IMG/VR virus record: IMGVR_UViG_3300028840_000761
Location: 772-64,771 of that record
DNA length: 64,000 nt
Reading direction: 5' to 3' (one strand)
Source: a virus
Lineage: Duplodnaviria > Caudoviricetes
Below the pieces are notes generated by a model. That model saw only the letters and a program-made list of their open reading frames with translations, did no database searches and was not told where the DNA came from. A program made the position numbers and the translations under genes. Positions 54,093 to 63,755 of this stretch are shown piece by piece (within the stretch, counting starts at the first letter, position 1; each line of letters opens with the position of its first letter).

Positions 54093-56570
54093 GTGTTCAA
54101 TAACCCGGGTGTCGTAGCGGCAAGGCAGACACTCTATCTGGATGTGTCTGACCTGATACTGGGTACGGTTGTAACTGGCGTTGGCCTCGAAGGGACGTTT
54201 GAAATCAATGACGTACTCATCGCTACGGCTGCGTCTATAGCAGACCTCGTGTGGACAGGCGGTAACCTGTACGCCAACGACGTTGGTATGCAGGTAGCTG
54301 TGTCTCCTGCCGATGCAGTCCTAACAGGCGGTCTCCTCCAAGTTAGTGACGTCGATGTCGCCACAGCGGTGACGTCTGCGGATGCGACATGGACAGGCGG
54401 CGACCTGTATGCGGTGAGCTTCGCGCTCGACATGACTATCGACCCGGCCACTATCGTGTGGACAGGTGGCGATCTGTACGCCAATGATGTGGCTGTGCAG
54501 TTGATGTCTACGGCGGTGGGCATAGCGGGCGTTCTAGAAACTAATAACGTTGCGCTGGCCTTAGCCGTTACCTCTGCGGCTCTTTCGTACCCGCTTCTGA
54601 CAGTCAGTGATGTTGCTGTGGCGGTTGCCGCCACTTCTGCGGATGCAATACTGACCGCTGGTGATCTTACAGTGCAGGATGTTGCTGTGGCAGTCGCTGC
54701 CACTTCTGCGGATGCGGTACTGACCGCCGGTGATCTGACAGTACAGGATGTCGTGGTAGCAGGAGTAGCGACTTCAGCTACCCTTGAAACACTTGTAGGT
54801 GATTTGACCGTCAATGACGTAACAGTGGCTACCAGCGCGTCCTCGGCGGCGTTGTTCGTCTTTGCCCTCCAAGTCAATGATGTTACTGTCGGCCCAGAGC
54901 CGACGTCTGTAGGCGCTTATAATGCGGACGTACCTTCACTACATCACCTGAATAACACGCTAGGCTTGTCGGCTATCGATCCAGCCAATGACTGGGTGTT
55001 CTCTGGCACTAATCTGACAGAGGTTACGACCGGACAGCATGGACTCGCTGCTAGTGTGATAGGTAATCCTGTCCCATACGCCAATTTACTGGGTGGCGGC
55101 GTATCGCCTTCGACAGAAGATGTGACTATAGAAGGATTCCTTAAGCTCACGGACTACACGTCTACCTCTACGGAGTTCGTGCTGGAGGCGTATGACAGTG
55201 CAGATTTTGGCGGTACATTAGGATGGAGATTTTACATATACCGATTTTCTGGTCGGATATACTTCTATCAGGCAGTTTACCATCCCGGCGGTACTCACCT
55301 TAGCTATAGATTTATAACTGACCCGGGTGCGACCTATGGGCCGATCCATTTTGCCACAGTCTTCAATGTGACAGCAGGCAAGATAGAGATGTTTATAGAC
55401 GGCGTACGCTCAACGAACGGAGAGGTACTCTCTCCCGGCACAGCCCGTGATATGCTACGTCTTACTACCACGCTCACTACTGTCGACACGACTTGTAGAC
55501 GGTTCTTGGATGAGGTTAGGGTATCCCGTGCCGCACTATACACTGGCTCTACTTACACGGTACCGACAGCTGAGTTCGAGCCTATTGATGATACCTTGCC
55601 GGTATTTGCAGATGTGACGCTTTCACCTACAGTGACTTCCTCAGACCTCTTCCTGACATACGGCTTGCAGGTAAATGACGTCACTGTCGGCCCACAACCA
55701 ACACCGGTAACCCCATACCCGCATGTGTTCCCAGTTAATGATGTGACCTTGCAAGTTAATTCATCTAACGTATGGATCAACGATGATGGTGATGTAGCTT
55801 ACGGGTCTCTCCCGACCGGTGCTACACCAGATACTATCTCGTCGTTATATGCTTGGTGGGATTTTTCTGATATGTCTACTGTGTATCAGGACACCGCTGG
55901 GACAACCCCAGTAGTCGGGTCGGGTCAGATAGCTCGTCGCGTCAACGACAAATCTGGGAACAATAGATATGTGACACAGTCAGGCTCCACCCTTCGGTGG
56001 TACTCGAATTTACAAAACTCACTCGGTGGTGTTTTTGGTAATGGCACTACTTTTGGCATGAACTTAAATAACCTAAATGCTGGTTTGCCAAACTCTGAGT
56101 ACCGGTGGGTGTGTATCTTCGTCGGCGACCTTAATGACACATACCTCCCAACTATGAATACGATGTTCTCTGTTCGCAGGATAATAGCAAGCACAGGATA
56201 TAATACAAGATGGCCCACCTACGGAGTCATCCCTGCATTCCGTGTGGGTGATTTTTACTACCCTGCGCCGAACTCAGGAGGCTCATCTGACATTGACGTG
56301 GCTGACGACACCTACTTTATCATGGCTTCCCAAGGGGTCATGAGTTCGAATGATGGCGTGCGGCGGCTTCCGAAATGGTGGCTGGCAGACGGTTCTCAGG
56401 TATTGCGTAGGTCTGCTGCATTCGCAACAACAGGCAGTGACCTTGGTGCTGGTGAGATAGTCGCCTATGTAGGCGGTGTAACGAAACTGGAGATCGCGGT
56501 CTTCACTAACCCGACTGATGCAGAGGTGCTGTCCGTCATCAACTACCTACAAGCGAAATGGAATCTATAA
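54093..56570 (+). CDS. Fibre-like protein with 23-aa repeats and LamG-like domains
   Basis: 69-bp repeats (54609/54678); VTIEGFLK...HFATV...MFIDG...FLDEVRVSR LamG-like motif; AWWDFSD...DKSGNN...YLQAKW terminal domain. Confidence 0.7.
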   Translation: MFNNPGVVAARQTLYLDVSDLILGTVVTGVGLEGTFEINDVLIATAASIADLVWTGGNLYANDVGMQVAVSPADAVLTGGLLQVSDVDVATAVTSADATWTGGDLYAVSFALDMTIDPATIVWTGGDLYANDVAVQLMSTAVGIAGVLETNNVALALAVTSAALSYPLLTVSDVAVAVAATSADAILTAGDLTVQDVAVAVAATSADAVLTAGDLTVQDVVVAGVATSATLETLVGDLTVNDVTVATSASSAALFVFALQVNDVTVGPEPTSVGAYNADVPSLHHLNNTLGLSAIDPANDWVFSGTNLTEVTTGQHGLAASVIGNPVPYANLLGGGVSPSTEDVTIEGFLKLTDYTSTSTEFVLEAYDSADFGGTLGWRFYIYRFSGRIYFYQAVYHPGGTHLSYRFITDPGATYGPIHFATVFNVTAGKIEMFIDGVRSTNGEVLSPGTARDMLRLTTTLTTVDTTCRRFLDEVRVSRAALYTGSTYTVPTAEFEPIDDTLPVFADVTLSPTVTSSDLFLTYGLQVNDVTVGPQPTPVTPYPHVFPVNDVTLQVNSSNVWINDDGDVAYGSLPTGATPDTISSLYAWWDFSDMSTVYQDTAGTTPVVGSGQIARRVNDKSGNNRYVTQSGSTLRWYSNLQNSLGGVFGNGTTFGMNLNNLNAGLPNSEYRWVCIFVGDLNDTYLPTMNTMFSVRRIIASTGYNTRWPTYGVIPAFRVGDFYYPAPNSGGSSDIDVADDTYFIMASQGVMSSNDGVRRLPKWWLADGSQVLRRSAAFATTGSDLGAGEIVAYVGGVTKLEIAVFTNPTDAEVLSVINYLQAKWNL

Positions 56571-56962
56571 TGGGCGATCTGACAAAAAATATCAGCAGAC
56601 ATGAACTGGCCTGCAACTGCGGATGCGGGCTTGACTCGATGGACTTCGAGACCATCCGTCTCGTACAGGACACCTGTGATTACTTTGCAATCAAGACCGG
56701 TAAGGTCAAGGTGACCTTGATAATCAACAGCGCGGCGCGGTGCTTCGAGTACAATCGCAAGCCGGTGTCCGAAGGTGGGCCGGGATCGAACGATGCCAGC
56801 CAGCACCCAAGGTGTAGGGCGCTGGACTTCAAGATACTTGATGTATCACCTGATGAGGTGTATGATTACCTCACCAAGAGATACCCGGGTAAATACGGGT
56901 TCGGCAAGTACGATACCTTCACTCATGCTGATACCCGCACCAACGGCCCAGCGAGGTGGTAA
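56570..56962 (+). CDS. Endolysin, peptidase M15A family
   Basis: ELACNCGCG...INSAARC...SQHPRCRALD...FTHAD zinc-peptidase motifs. Confidence 0.85.
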   Translation: MGDLTKNISRHELACNCGCGLDSMDFETIRLVQDTCDYFAIKTGKVKVTLIINSAARCFEYNRKPVSEGGPGSNDASQHPRCRALDFKILDVSPDEVYDYLTKRYPGKYGFGKYDTFTHADTRTNGPARW

Positions 56963-56963
56963 C

Positions 56964-57413
56964 ATGCTAGGATGGCTAGGCGGATTGTTTGGGATAGTGG
57001 ACGCATCTAAGTCGGCATCGACTCTGGCGAAAGATGTATCCAAGGGCGTCGACATGCTCATCTATACGGATGAGGAGAAGGCGATCGCCAAAGAGAAAGC
57101 GTTCAACGCATGGTTGAAGATGGTCGAAATACAGAAGGACTCCGAGACGTACCGGTCAATCACCCGGCGAATCTTGGCGGTTGGTATCATCTTCAACTTA
57201 CTGGCCTTGATCTGGCTATGCGTAGGTGCCGAGCTTGCCGCCGTGTTTGGGTGGTTCGAGTCGGTGACGCAACCTGTCGGCCAGCCGTTTACCCCTATCA
57301 CCACCGTAATCATCCAGATTGCGAATGTGTATCAGCTGGGCTGGGTGTTCTGCACGATCATAGTTTTCTATTTCGGGCCACATCTGATCCAGTTCTTCTC
57401 GAAAGGAAAGTGA
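56964..57413 (+). CDS. Putative holin
   Basis: YTDEEKA...RSITRRILA, two or three TM helices and IVFYFG; follows the endolysin. Confidence 0.65.
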   Translation: MLGWLGGLFGIVDASKSASTLAKDVSKGVDMLIYTDEEKAIAKEKAFNAWLKMVEIQKDSETYRSITRRILAVGIIFNLLALIWLCVGAELAAVFGWFESVTQPVGQPFTPITTVIIQIANVYQLGWVFCTIIVFYFGPHLIQFFSKGK

Positions 57414-57415
57414 CC

Positions 57416-57535
57416 ATGAAATATCTTGAATCGATCAAAGCATGGTATGTAGGTCTCACCACATTCAAAAAGGTCGCACTGTGGATAGCTGTCGGCCTGT
57501 TGCTGTTTGGCATTCTCGTCGGGCTGACTAACTGA
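57416..57535 (+). CDS. Small single-TM protein (39 aa)
   Basis: MKYLESIKAWY...VALWIAVGLLLFGILVG; SD AAAGGA. Confidence 0.5.
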   Translation: MKYLESIKAWYVGLTTFKKVALWIAVGLLLFGILVGLTN

Positions 57536-57684
57536 TGAAACCCCAAGTGCAGCGCACCATAGAGCACACACCCAAAGATACCGGCGGTGATATTTACCAG
57601 TTCGCCGCCGACTATCCGGGTGTTATGGTATCTCTGTGCGGAGCCATGCTCATCGTAATCTGGTTCTTTATTAGGAAGAAGTGA
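57535..57684 (+). CDS. Small single-TM protein (49 aa, absent from the ORF track)
   Basis: MKPQVQ...VMVSLCGAMLIVIWFFIRKK; TGATG-coupled at both ends. Confidence 0.5.
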   Translation: MKPQVQRTIEHTPKDTGGDIYQFAADYPGVMVSLCGAMLIVIWFFIRKK

Positions 57685-59144
57685 TGGCTGAAGGCGGACG
57701 AGTATATAACGCATCAGCGACCGTTAAGAAGTTCATGCGGTCAGACGCGTTTTTCCGTGCGATCATGGGGCCGATCGGTTCTGGTAAATCCGTTGCATGT
57801 GTGATCGAGATCATACGTCGTTGCAAAGAGATGCTACCCGGCCCGGACGGCTTGCGCCGCAGCCGGTGGGTTATCGTCCGTAATACCGCTGCCCAGCTTA
57901 AAGACACAACATTCAAGACGTGGTCTGAATGGGTGCCTGCTGGCCCCGCTGGTAAGTGGAAAGAATCAGAGAAAACCTTTTATCTTGAGTTTGGTGATGT
58001 GCGTGCCGAAATCCTGTTCCGCCCCCTCGACTCCGCGGAAGACGTGCAGCGTGTTCTCTCGCTGGAGTTGACCGGCGCGTGGGTCAACGAGGCGCGAGAG
58101 ATTCCAAAAGAGATTGTCTCCGCGCTTCAGGGCCGTCTGCGCCGCTACCCATCATACGATAAGGACAAGTACTGGTCTGGCCTGATCGCCGATACCAACC
58201 CGCCAGAGATCGACAGCTACTGGTTCAAGGTCTTTGAGGGTGCCCCAATCGATGAAGATGATCCAGATAGCGTTGTAGTCTGTGATGCGTTCCAGCAGCC
58301 ATCCGGACTTTCGCCTGACGCGGAAAACATCGAGAACCTGCACCCCAGCTACTACCAAGACCTCGCCAAGGGCGAAACCAAGGAGTGGGTCGATACCTAC
58401 GTCCACGGCATGTATAGCCCGTCGCTGTCCGGAACTCCTGTCTATCGCAAGACTTTCAAGATGGACAAGCATATCAGCTCTGTTACACTCGAAGTGAACG
58501 GGATGCTGCCGGTCATCATTGGTATGGACTTTGGGCGTACGCCTGCTGCCGTGTTGAAACAGATGACCCCTGATGGACGCATCCGCACGTTTGCGGAGGT
58601 CGTGACATTCGGGATGGGTCTGGAAAATTTCATCATACGGCACCTGCGTCCGGTGTTACGGAACCGGTGTCCCGGCCTGCCATATATTATTATCGGTGAC
58701 CCATCTGGTGTCTCCAAGGACGACACGGGCGAACTGAACTGCTTCAAGGTACTCAAGCGGTTCTTCCCGCGAGATGAGGGGCATATCGTCAAGCCTGCCC
58801 ATACGAACGATCCAGATGCACGTATCCGTGCGACCGAAAAAACATTCATTCATTATCCTGACGGTGAGCCGATGCACCTGATTGATCCCAGCTGCAAGTG
58901 GCTGATCGAGGCATACCGTAGCAAGTATAGGTACCAGAACCAGAAGCACAAAGAGATGGGGCATCGAGACAAGCCAGACAAAAACAACTGGTCGCATGTG
59001 GCCGAAGCCGGTCAGTATGGCGATCTATTTCTTATGGGTGGCAAGTACGATGCTTCAGAGTATATGATTGTTGACCAAGTTGGGTTCAACCCACTTTCAA
59101 GTGCAGTCTTTCAACGACGCGAAGTTCCTGTAGCGGGGTATTAA
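57684..59144 (+). CDS. terL: Terminase large subunit
   Basis: Walker A GPIGSGKS, Walker B AWVNEARE, DTNPP, and nuclease IIGMDFG. Confidence 0.92.
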   Translation: MAEGGRVYNASATVKKFMRSDAFFRAIMGPIGSGKSVACVIEIIRRCKEMLPGPDGLRRSRWVIVRNTAAQLKDTTFKTWSEWVPAGPAGKWKESEKTFYLEFGDVRAEILFRPLDSAEDVQRVLSLELTGAWVNEAREIPKEIVSALQGRLRRYPSYDKDKYWSGLIADTNPPEIDSYWFKVFEGAPIDEDDPDSVVVCDAFQQPSGLSPDAENIENLHPSYYQDLAKGETKEWVDTYVHGMYSPSLSGTPVYRKTFKMDKHISSVTLEVNGMLPVIIGMDFGRTPAAVLKQMTPDGRIRTFAEVVTFGMGLENFIIRHLRPVLRNRCPGLPYIIIGDPSGVSKDDTGELNCFKVLKRFFPRDEGHIVKPAHTNDPDARIRATEKTFIHYPDGEPMHLIDPSCKWLIEAYRSKYRYQNQKHKEMGHRDKPDKNNWSHVAEAGQYGDLFLMGGKYDASEYMIVDQVGFNPLSSAVFQRREVPVAGY

Positions 59145-59145
59145 A

Positions 59146-61302
59146 ATGGCAGACCTAAAACTCGAATTGAACATGGAATACGCCGAGATGATGGGCGTGA
59201 CTATGAGGGGGAAATTAGATCAGTTCATCGCTGATCGAGCTGGGCTGGAGCAGCAGTGGTTGAAGAACCTGCGCCAGTATCGCGGCCTGTATGACCCCGA
59301 ATATCTGAAGCTGTTGGCGAATGACAAGTCGCGTCGCTACCCCCGGGATACCCGCACCAAGGTCAAAGCGTTCGTCGCCAAGATGATGGAGATGATGTTC
59401 CCAGCCAGCGAGGATAACTGGGACTTGACCATCTCGCCGATCCCGTCGATCCAGAAGAAAGACCTTGAAGCCGTCATCGCTGCCCTGACTGCGCAGGAGA
59501 TGCTGGCTGCCCAGCAAGAGCAGCGTCCGCCTCAACCGATCAGTAGCGACATCATCGAGAAGGGCGTCCGAGAGTTTGCCACGATTCGTATGGAGAACAT
59601 GCAGACCAAGATTCGAGATCAGTTCGCCGACAAGGAGATGGACTACCCGAACCTGTGCAAGCGTGTCCTGCGAAGTGGTGCGATCTACGGTGCCGGTGTC
59701 GCCATGTCTCCACTGGTGAAGACCAAGACCGAGCGTATCTGGGAACAGCAGAAGAACGGCAGCTGGGACGCCAAGAAGGTTCAGCAGAAGCGTCCGTACT
59801 CCGAGTTCGTAAAGATATGGGACATCTACCCTGATCTGTCTGCATGGACATGGGAGGAGCAGGAGGGTTTGTTCCATCGCATGGTCTTCACTCGCCATGA
59901 TTTCCGTATGCTGTCCAAGCGGCCCGGATTCATCAAGGATAATATCAAGCAGTATCTGATTGACAACCAGACCGGTAACTACATCAAGCGGTCGTTCGAG
60001 GCCGGTCTCGACCAGATGAACTATGCCCGTGAAACCTCGACAGCGATCGACGGCGACAAGCGCAAGTACGAAGTCTTCCGCTGGTTTGGCTACCGGTCGG
60101 CGCACGACATGGAGCAACTGGGGTACGAGATTCCAGAAGAGGACATGGACAAAGACCTGCTTGTCGACATCTGGATGATCGACAACACTCTTATCAAAGC
60201 CGATCTGGCCCCGTTTGGTGAGAAGCCGTCTGATGTCTATCACGCATTCATCTATTCCGAGGATGAAGATGCTGGCCTGACCGGTATCGGTATGCCAGAG
60301 GAGCTGCGTGACTCGCAGATGGCTCTGTGCTCCTCGACCCGCGCACTGGACGACAACATGGCAGCGACCGCAGGGCCGATGCTTGAGGTTGCTGTCGACT
60401 TGATGAAACGGAATACCGACTACAACTCGATCCATTCATTCAAGGTGTTCGAGCGCGAAGGCGATGGCCCGGAGCTTCAGTACCCTGCCGTCCGTGCGAT
60501 CAACACCCCGTCTCATATCGGCGACATCTCCAAGATCATCGCCGAGACTCGTCAGCAGTTCGATGCCGAGTCAAATATGCCCAGCTGGATGACCGGTAAT
60601 CCGGAGCAGCTTGGCGAGGCTTTCCGCACAAGCCGCAACATGTCTGTCTTATCAGGTGGAGCCAACCTGCTGCCGAAGGACAACGTCCGCTCGTTCGACA
60701 GATTTACCGCCAGCGTGGTCAATTCTTATCTGATGTGGAATCAGGAGTTCGATCCTGACGAAGAGACCATGGGCGACTTTGAAGTCCGTCCAAAGGGCAA
60801 CATCAGCCTGATGGCCAAGGAAGTCCGCGGTGCCGCCCTGTCGCAGGAGATGGCTACCATGACTGAGGATGAGCGTGCGATCGTCAAGGTGCGCGAAGCC
60901 CTGATCGAACGCTGGAAGGCTCGTGACCTTGACCTGACCTTGATCATGGAGCCGGACGAGGCTGAGCAGGCACTCGGTGAGCTGCGTCAGGCCCGGGCCA
61001 TGGCCCAGCAGATCATGAACCAGAAGGAACAGGTAACGGCTGAGAAGACTCAGGCCGAGACCGGAAAGCTGACGGCTGAGACCGAGCAGGTTCAAGTCGA
61101 AACCCAAGAGAAGATGGCTATGATCGAACCGAAGGTTATCGAGATCATGGCCAAGGTGGATGAGTTGCAGAAGAAAGCAACTGCTACCGAAGACCAAGCA
61201 CAACTCGCGTCCCTGAGAGAAATGGTTGAATTGCTAATCGCCGAAGAAGAGGCAACTGGAGGTATTGATGTCGCGCAACGAGGAGAAGGAGCTGCTGGCT
61301 AA
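59146..61302 (+). CDS. Portal protein
   Basis: 718 aa directly after TerL; GIGMPEELRDSQ motif and a long C-terminal coiled coil, as in podovirus portals. Confidence 0.85.
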   Translation: MADLKLELNMEYAEMMGVTMRGKLDQFIADRAGLEQQWLKNLRQYRGLYDPEYLKLLANDKSRRYPRDTRTKVKAFVAKMMEMMFPASEDNWDLTISPIPSIQKKDLEAVIAALTAQEMLAAQQEQRPPQPISSDIIEKGVREFATIRMENMQTKIRDQFADKEMDYPNLCKRVLRSGAIYGAGVAMSPLVKTKTERIWEQQKNGSWDAKKVQQKRPYSEFVKIWDIYPDLSAWTWEEQEGLFHRMVFTRHDFRMLSKRPGFIKDNIKQYLIDNQTGNYIKRSFEAGLDQMNYARETSTAIDGDKRKYEVFRWFGYRSAHDMEQLGYEIPEEDMDKDLLVDIWMIDNTLIKADLAPFGEKPSDVYHAFIYSEDEDAGLTGIGMPEELRDSQMALCSSTRALDDNMAATAGPMLEVAVDLMKRNTDYNSIHSFKVFEREGDGPELQYPAVRAINTPSHIGDISKIIAETRQQFDAESNMPSWMTGNPEQLGEAFRTSRNMSVLSGGANLLPKDNVRSFDRFTASVVNSYLMWNQEFDPDEETMGDFEVRPKGNISLMAKEVRGAALSQEMATMTEDERAIVKVREALIERWKARDLDLTLIMEPDEAEQALGELRQARAMAQQIMNQKEQVTAEKTQAETGKLTAETEQVQVETQEKMAMIEPKVIEIMAKVDELQKKATATEDQAQLASLREMVELLIAEEEATGGIDVAQRGEGAAG

Positions 61303-61468
61303 GCTAACAGAACGGAAGACCCACGAGACAGTGAAAATACTCGATAGACTTCTGTATCTGCGGTTGGAACGGTACAAGGATGGTCTTATCAATGACGGGA
61401 GCGATCTCAAGCGAGGCCGCGCTTCTGAGTTGAGAGACTTGCGTAAGTCTCTTGACATGGAGATATAA
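61268..61468 (+). CDS. Small conserved protein between portal and scaffold
   Basis: SD GGAGGT; helical, ...LKRGRASELRDL. Confidence 0.65.
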   Translation: MSRNEEKELLAKLTERKTHETVKILDRLLYLRLERYKDGLINDGSDLKRGRASELRDLRKSLDMEI

Positions 61469-61481
61469 CATCTTATAAACT
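61452..61481 (+). promoter_or_regulatory. Sigma70-like promoter for scaffold/capsid
   Basis: TTGACA(61452-57) with TATAAA (16-nt spacer) or TAAACT (18-nt spacer). Confidence 0.55.
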
Positions 61482-61503
61482 ACCCGCAACCAAGGAGTAT
61501 CAA

Positions 61504-62406
61504 ATGTCGAAAAAGAAAAATGATAATGAAAATGTGGCTGCTGATGAGCAGCATGATGGTCTCCTCAATGAGGAAGATTATGACGCCGCGTTTGAACAAG
61601 CGTCTGGCGACACACCAGTAGCTAGTGCTGAGGTTTCTGAGGAAGAGGAGGAACTAGAAGCTCAGACAGGGTCTGCCGAAGATGAAGGAAGCGAGACTAC
61701 TCCGCCGTCCGGTGAAGGGGAAGAAGAAACTCCCCCGGCTACCGAGACGCCTGCCCCTGCTGCCGCCGATACTGAGGCGTTAAGAAGCAGGATCACAGAG
61801 CTTGAGACTCAACTCGCTGAACAGACGACGCCCACCGAAACACCGGCTGCAACTCCTGAACAACCTGCCGCATTGTCGGAAGAAGATCAGGAGACGTTGG
61901 ACGAGGTAGCAGAAGACTGGCCGCTAATCAATCGGACGCTTGAGATTCGGATCAAGCAGCTCGAAGATCGAATTGCTCAGCTGATCGACCAGAAGGTCGG
62001 TGTGGTTCAGGAAACGATCAAACCGATTGCCAAAACTGCGAAGGAAACGGCGCAGGAGAAGTTCAGAAACGCGGTCACCGAAGTGCACACTGATGCGTTT
62101 GAGCTGCTGCCAGAAGTGGAAAAGTGGGTTGAGGCCCAGCCCGACTACCTGCAACCCGGGTACAATAACGTACTCGACCGGGGGTCTGTAAAACAGGTTT
62201 GCGACTTGCTGAATACATTCAAGCAGGCAACAGGCAGACCGCTCCCGTCGGACAAAACTGATGATCCGCCACCTGAACAACAGGGGCGTAACAGGGATGA
62301 CCGGCTTGCAAGAATGGAAGGTGTCCGTACTCAACGGACAGGGGTCTCGACAGAGGATGATCCTTCAGACTTCGACGGAGCCTTTGAGAAGGCTGCGTCC
62401 CAATAG
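61504..62406 (+). CDS. Scaffolding protein
   Basis: Very acidic, Pro-rich coiled-coil protein just upstream of the MCP; ends DFDGAFEKAA. Confidence 0.75.
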   Translation: MSKKKNDNENVAADEQHDGLLNEEDYDAAFEQASGDTPVASAEVSEEEEELEAQTGSAEDEGSETTPPSGEGEEETPPATETPAPAAADTEALRSRITELETQLAEQTTPTETPAATPEQPAALSEEDQETLDEVAEDWPLINRTLEIRIKQLEDRIAQLIDQKVGVVQETIKPIAKTAKETAQEKFRNAVTEVHTDAFELLPEVEKWVEAQPDYLQPGYNNVLDRGSVKQVCDLLNTFKQATGRPLPSDKTDDPPPEQQGRNRDDRLARMEGVRTQRTGVSTEDDPSDFDGAFEKAASQ

Positions 62407-62415
62407 GAGTAAATC

Positions 62416-63414
62416 ATGAACGACGTTTTGACCTATGGCGATATTTCGCCCCGTACCGCAGCCTTTGCCGCAGCTGAGATGCTGCGCCGTGGCCGTCCTT
62501 ACCTGATCCTCCAGCCTTTTGGCCAGAGCCGTCCGATCCCTCAAAATCGTTCGGACACGATCAAGTTCCGCCGCTACGAAGCTCTCGACCCGGCCACCAC
62601 GCCGCTGACCGAAGGTGTCACCCCGCAAGGTAACACCATGACGGCCACTGACGTGCAGGCCACTCTGCAACAGTACGGCGATTACGTCCCGATCAGCGAC
62701 AAGATCATGGACACCCACGAAGACCCGGTCTTCAAGGAAGCACAGGCCGTCACCGGTGAGCAGGCAGCTGACACCGTTGAAATCCTGCTGTTCAACGTCC
62801 TCAAGGCCGGTACCAACGTGTACTACTCGACCGGCGCATCCCGTGCCGCCGTCACCCTGCCGATCAGCCTCGGTCTCCAGCGCAAAGTCATCCGTGGCTT
62901 CAAGCGCCAGAAGGCCCGCATGATCACCAAGAAGCAGGACTCCTCGGTGAAGTTCAATACCGAGAACGTCGCCAAGGGCTTCATCGCCTTTGTGCATCCT
63001 GACATGGAGAATGACATCCGCGCCATGGCCGGGTTCATCGATGTCAAGGATTACGGCTCCATGACTCCGCACGATTCGGAGATCGGTGCCGTCGAGTCCG
63101 TCCGTTATCTGTACTCCACGATCTTTGAGTCGTGGGCAGATGCCGGTGGTGCCAACGCAGCCATGATCGGAACCACTGACCCGGCAGCCAATGTCGACGT
63201 CTACCCGGTCATCTACGTCGCAGCCGACTCCTTCGCAGTCACCCCGCTCAAGGGTAAGAACGCCATCATGCCGATGGTTCTGAACCCGGGCGTGCCTCGT
63301 GAAGGCGACCCTCTGGGTCAGCGCGGCTACGTCGGCTGGAAGACATGGTTCGCAGCCTGCATCCTGAACCAAGTCTGGATGGCCCGTGCCGAAGTGGCAG
63401 TCAGCGATCTCTAA
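62416..63414 (+). CDS. Major capsid protein, N4-gp56 family
   Basis: TYGDISPRT, IKFRRY, PLTEGVTP, QYGD, EIG and DPLGQRGYVGWK motifs. Confidence 0.92.
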   Translation: MNDVLTYGDISPRTAAFAAAEMLRRGRPYLILQPFGQSRPIPQNRSDTIKFRRYEALDPATTPLTEGVTPQGNTMTATDVQATLQQYGDYVPISDKIMDTHEDPVFKEAQAVTGEQAADTVEILLFNVLKAGTNVYYSTGASRAAVTLPISLGLQRKVIRGFKRQKARMITKKQDSSVKFNTENVAKGFIAFVHPDMENDIRAMAGFIDVKDYGSMTPHDSEIGAVESVRYLYSTIFESWADAGGANAAMIGTTDPAANVDVYPVIYVAADSFAVTPLKGKNAIMPMVLNPGVPREGDPLGQRGYVGWKTWFAACILNQVWMARAEVAVSDL

Positions 63415-63702
63415 TATCAACCCCGGTTAGGGGGAGGGACTGTCGCTGCTGAGAACGTGGACGTTGTGGTTGGGTTCATCCCCTCCGCCGTCGTGCTTCT
63501 CAACCCGGCCACGGCTGACCACGGGCACTATGTCATTGGTGGTGCCCAGCTTGAGACCATCAGCGATACCTGCGCTGATTGCGCTGGTGATGTTATCGCC
63601 TACGGCGATGCTGATGGCGATACAGGCAACGGTTTCACTCTCATCGCAGGCGCAGCCCTGAACGATGACACTGAGACCATCACCTACATCGCGTACCGCT
63701 AA
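63415..63702 (+). CDS. Decoration-like domain in frame with the MCP (readthrough candidate; track start GTG 63457)
   Basis: Same frame as the MCP with no stop after TAA 63412-14; VGFIPSAVVLLN...GFTL...TITYIAYR. Confidence 0.55.
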   Translation, partial: YQPRLGGGTVAAENVDVVVGFIPSAVVLLNPATADHGHYVIGGAQLETISDTCADCAGDVIAYGDADGDTGNGFTLIAGAALNDDTETITYIAYR

Positions 63703-63755
63703 CCTGAGTTGGGGGCAGGCTGTTTACCTGCCCCCTCCTCCATAAGGAGGCAGCC

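Noticed and set aside
45046-56570. A diversity-generating retroelement or shufflon acting on the tail fibres
   Set aside because: I saw no reverse transcriptase, no invertase and no TR/VR pair differing at adenines.
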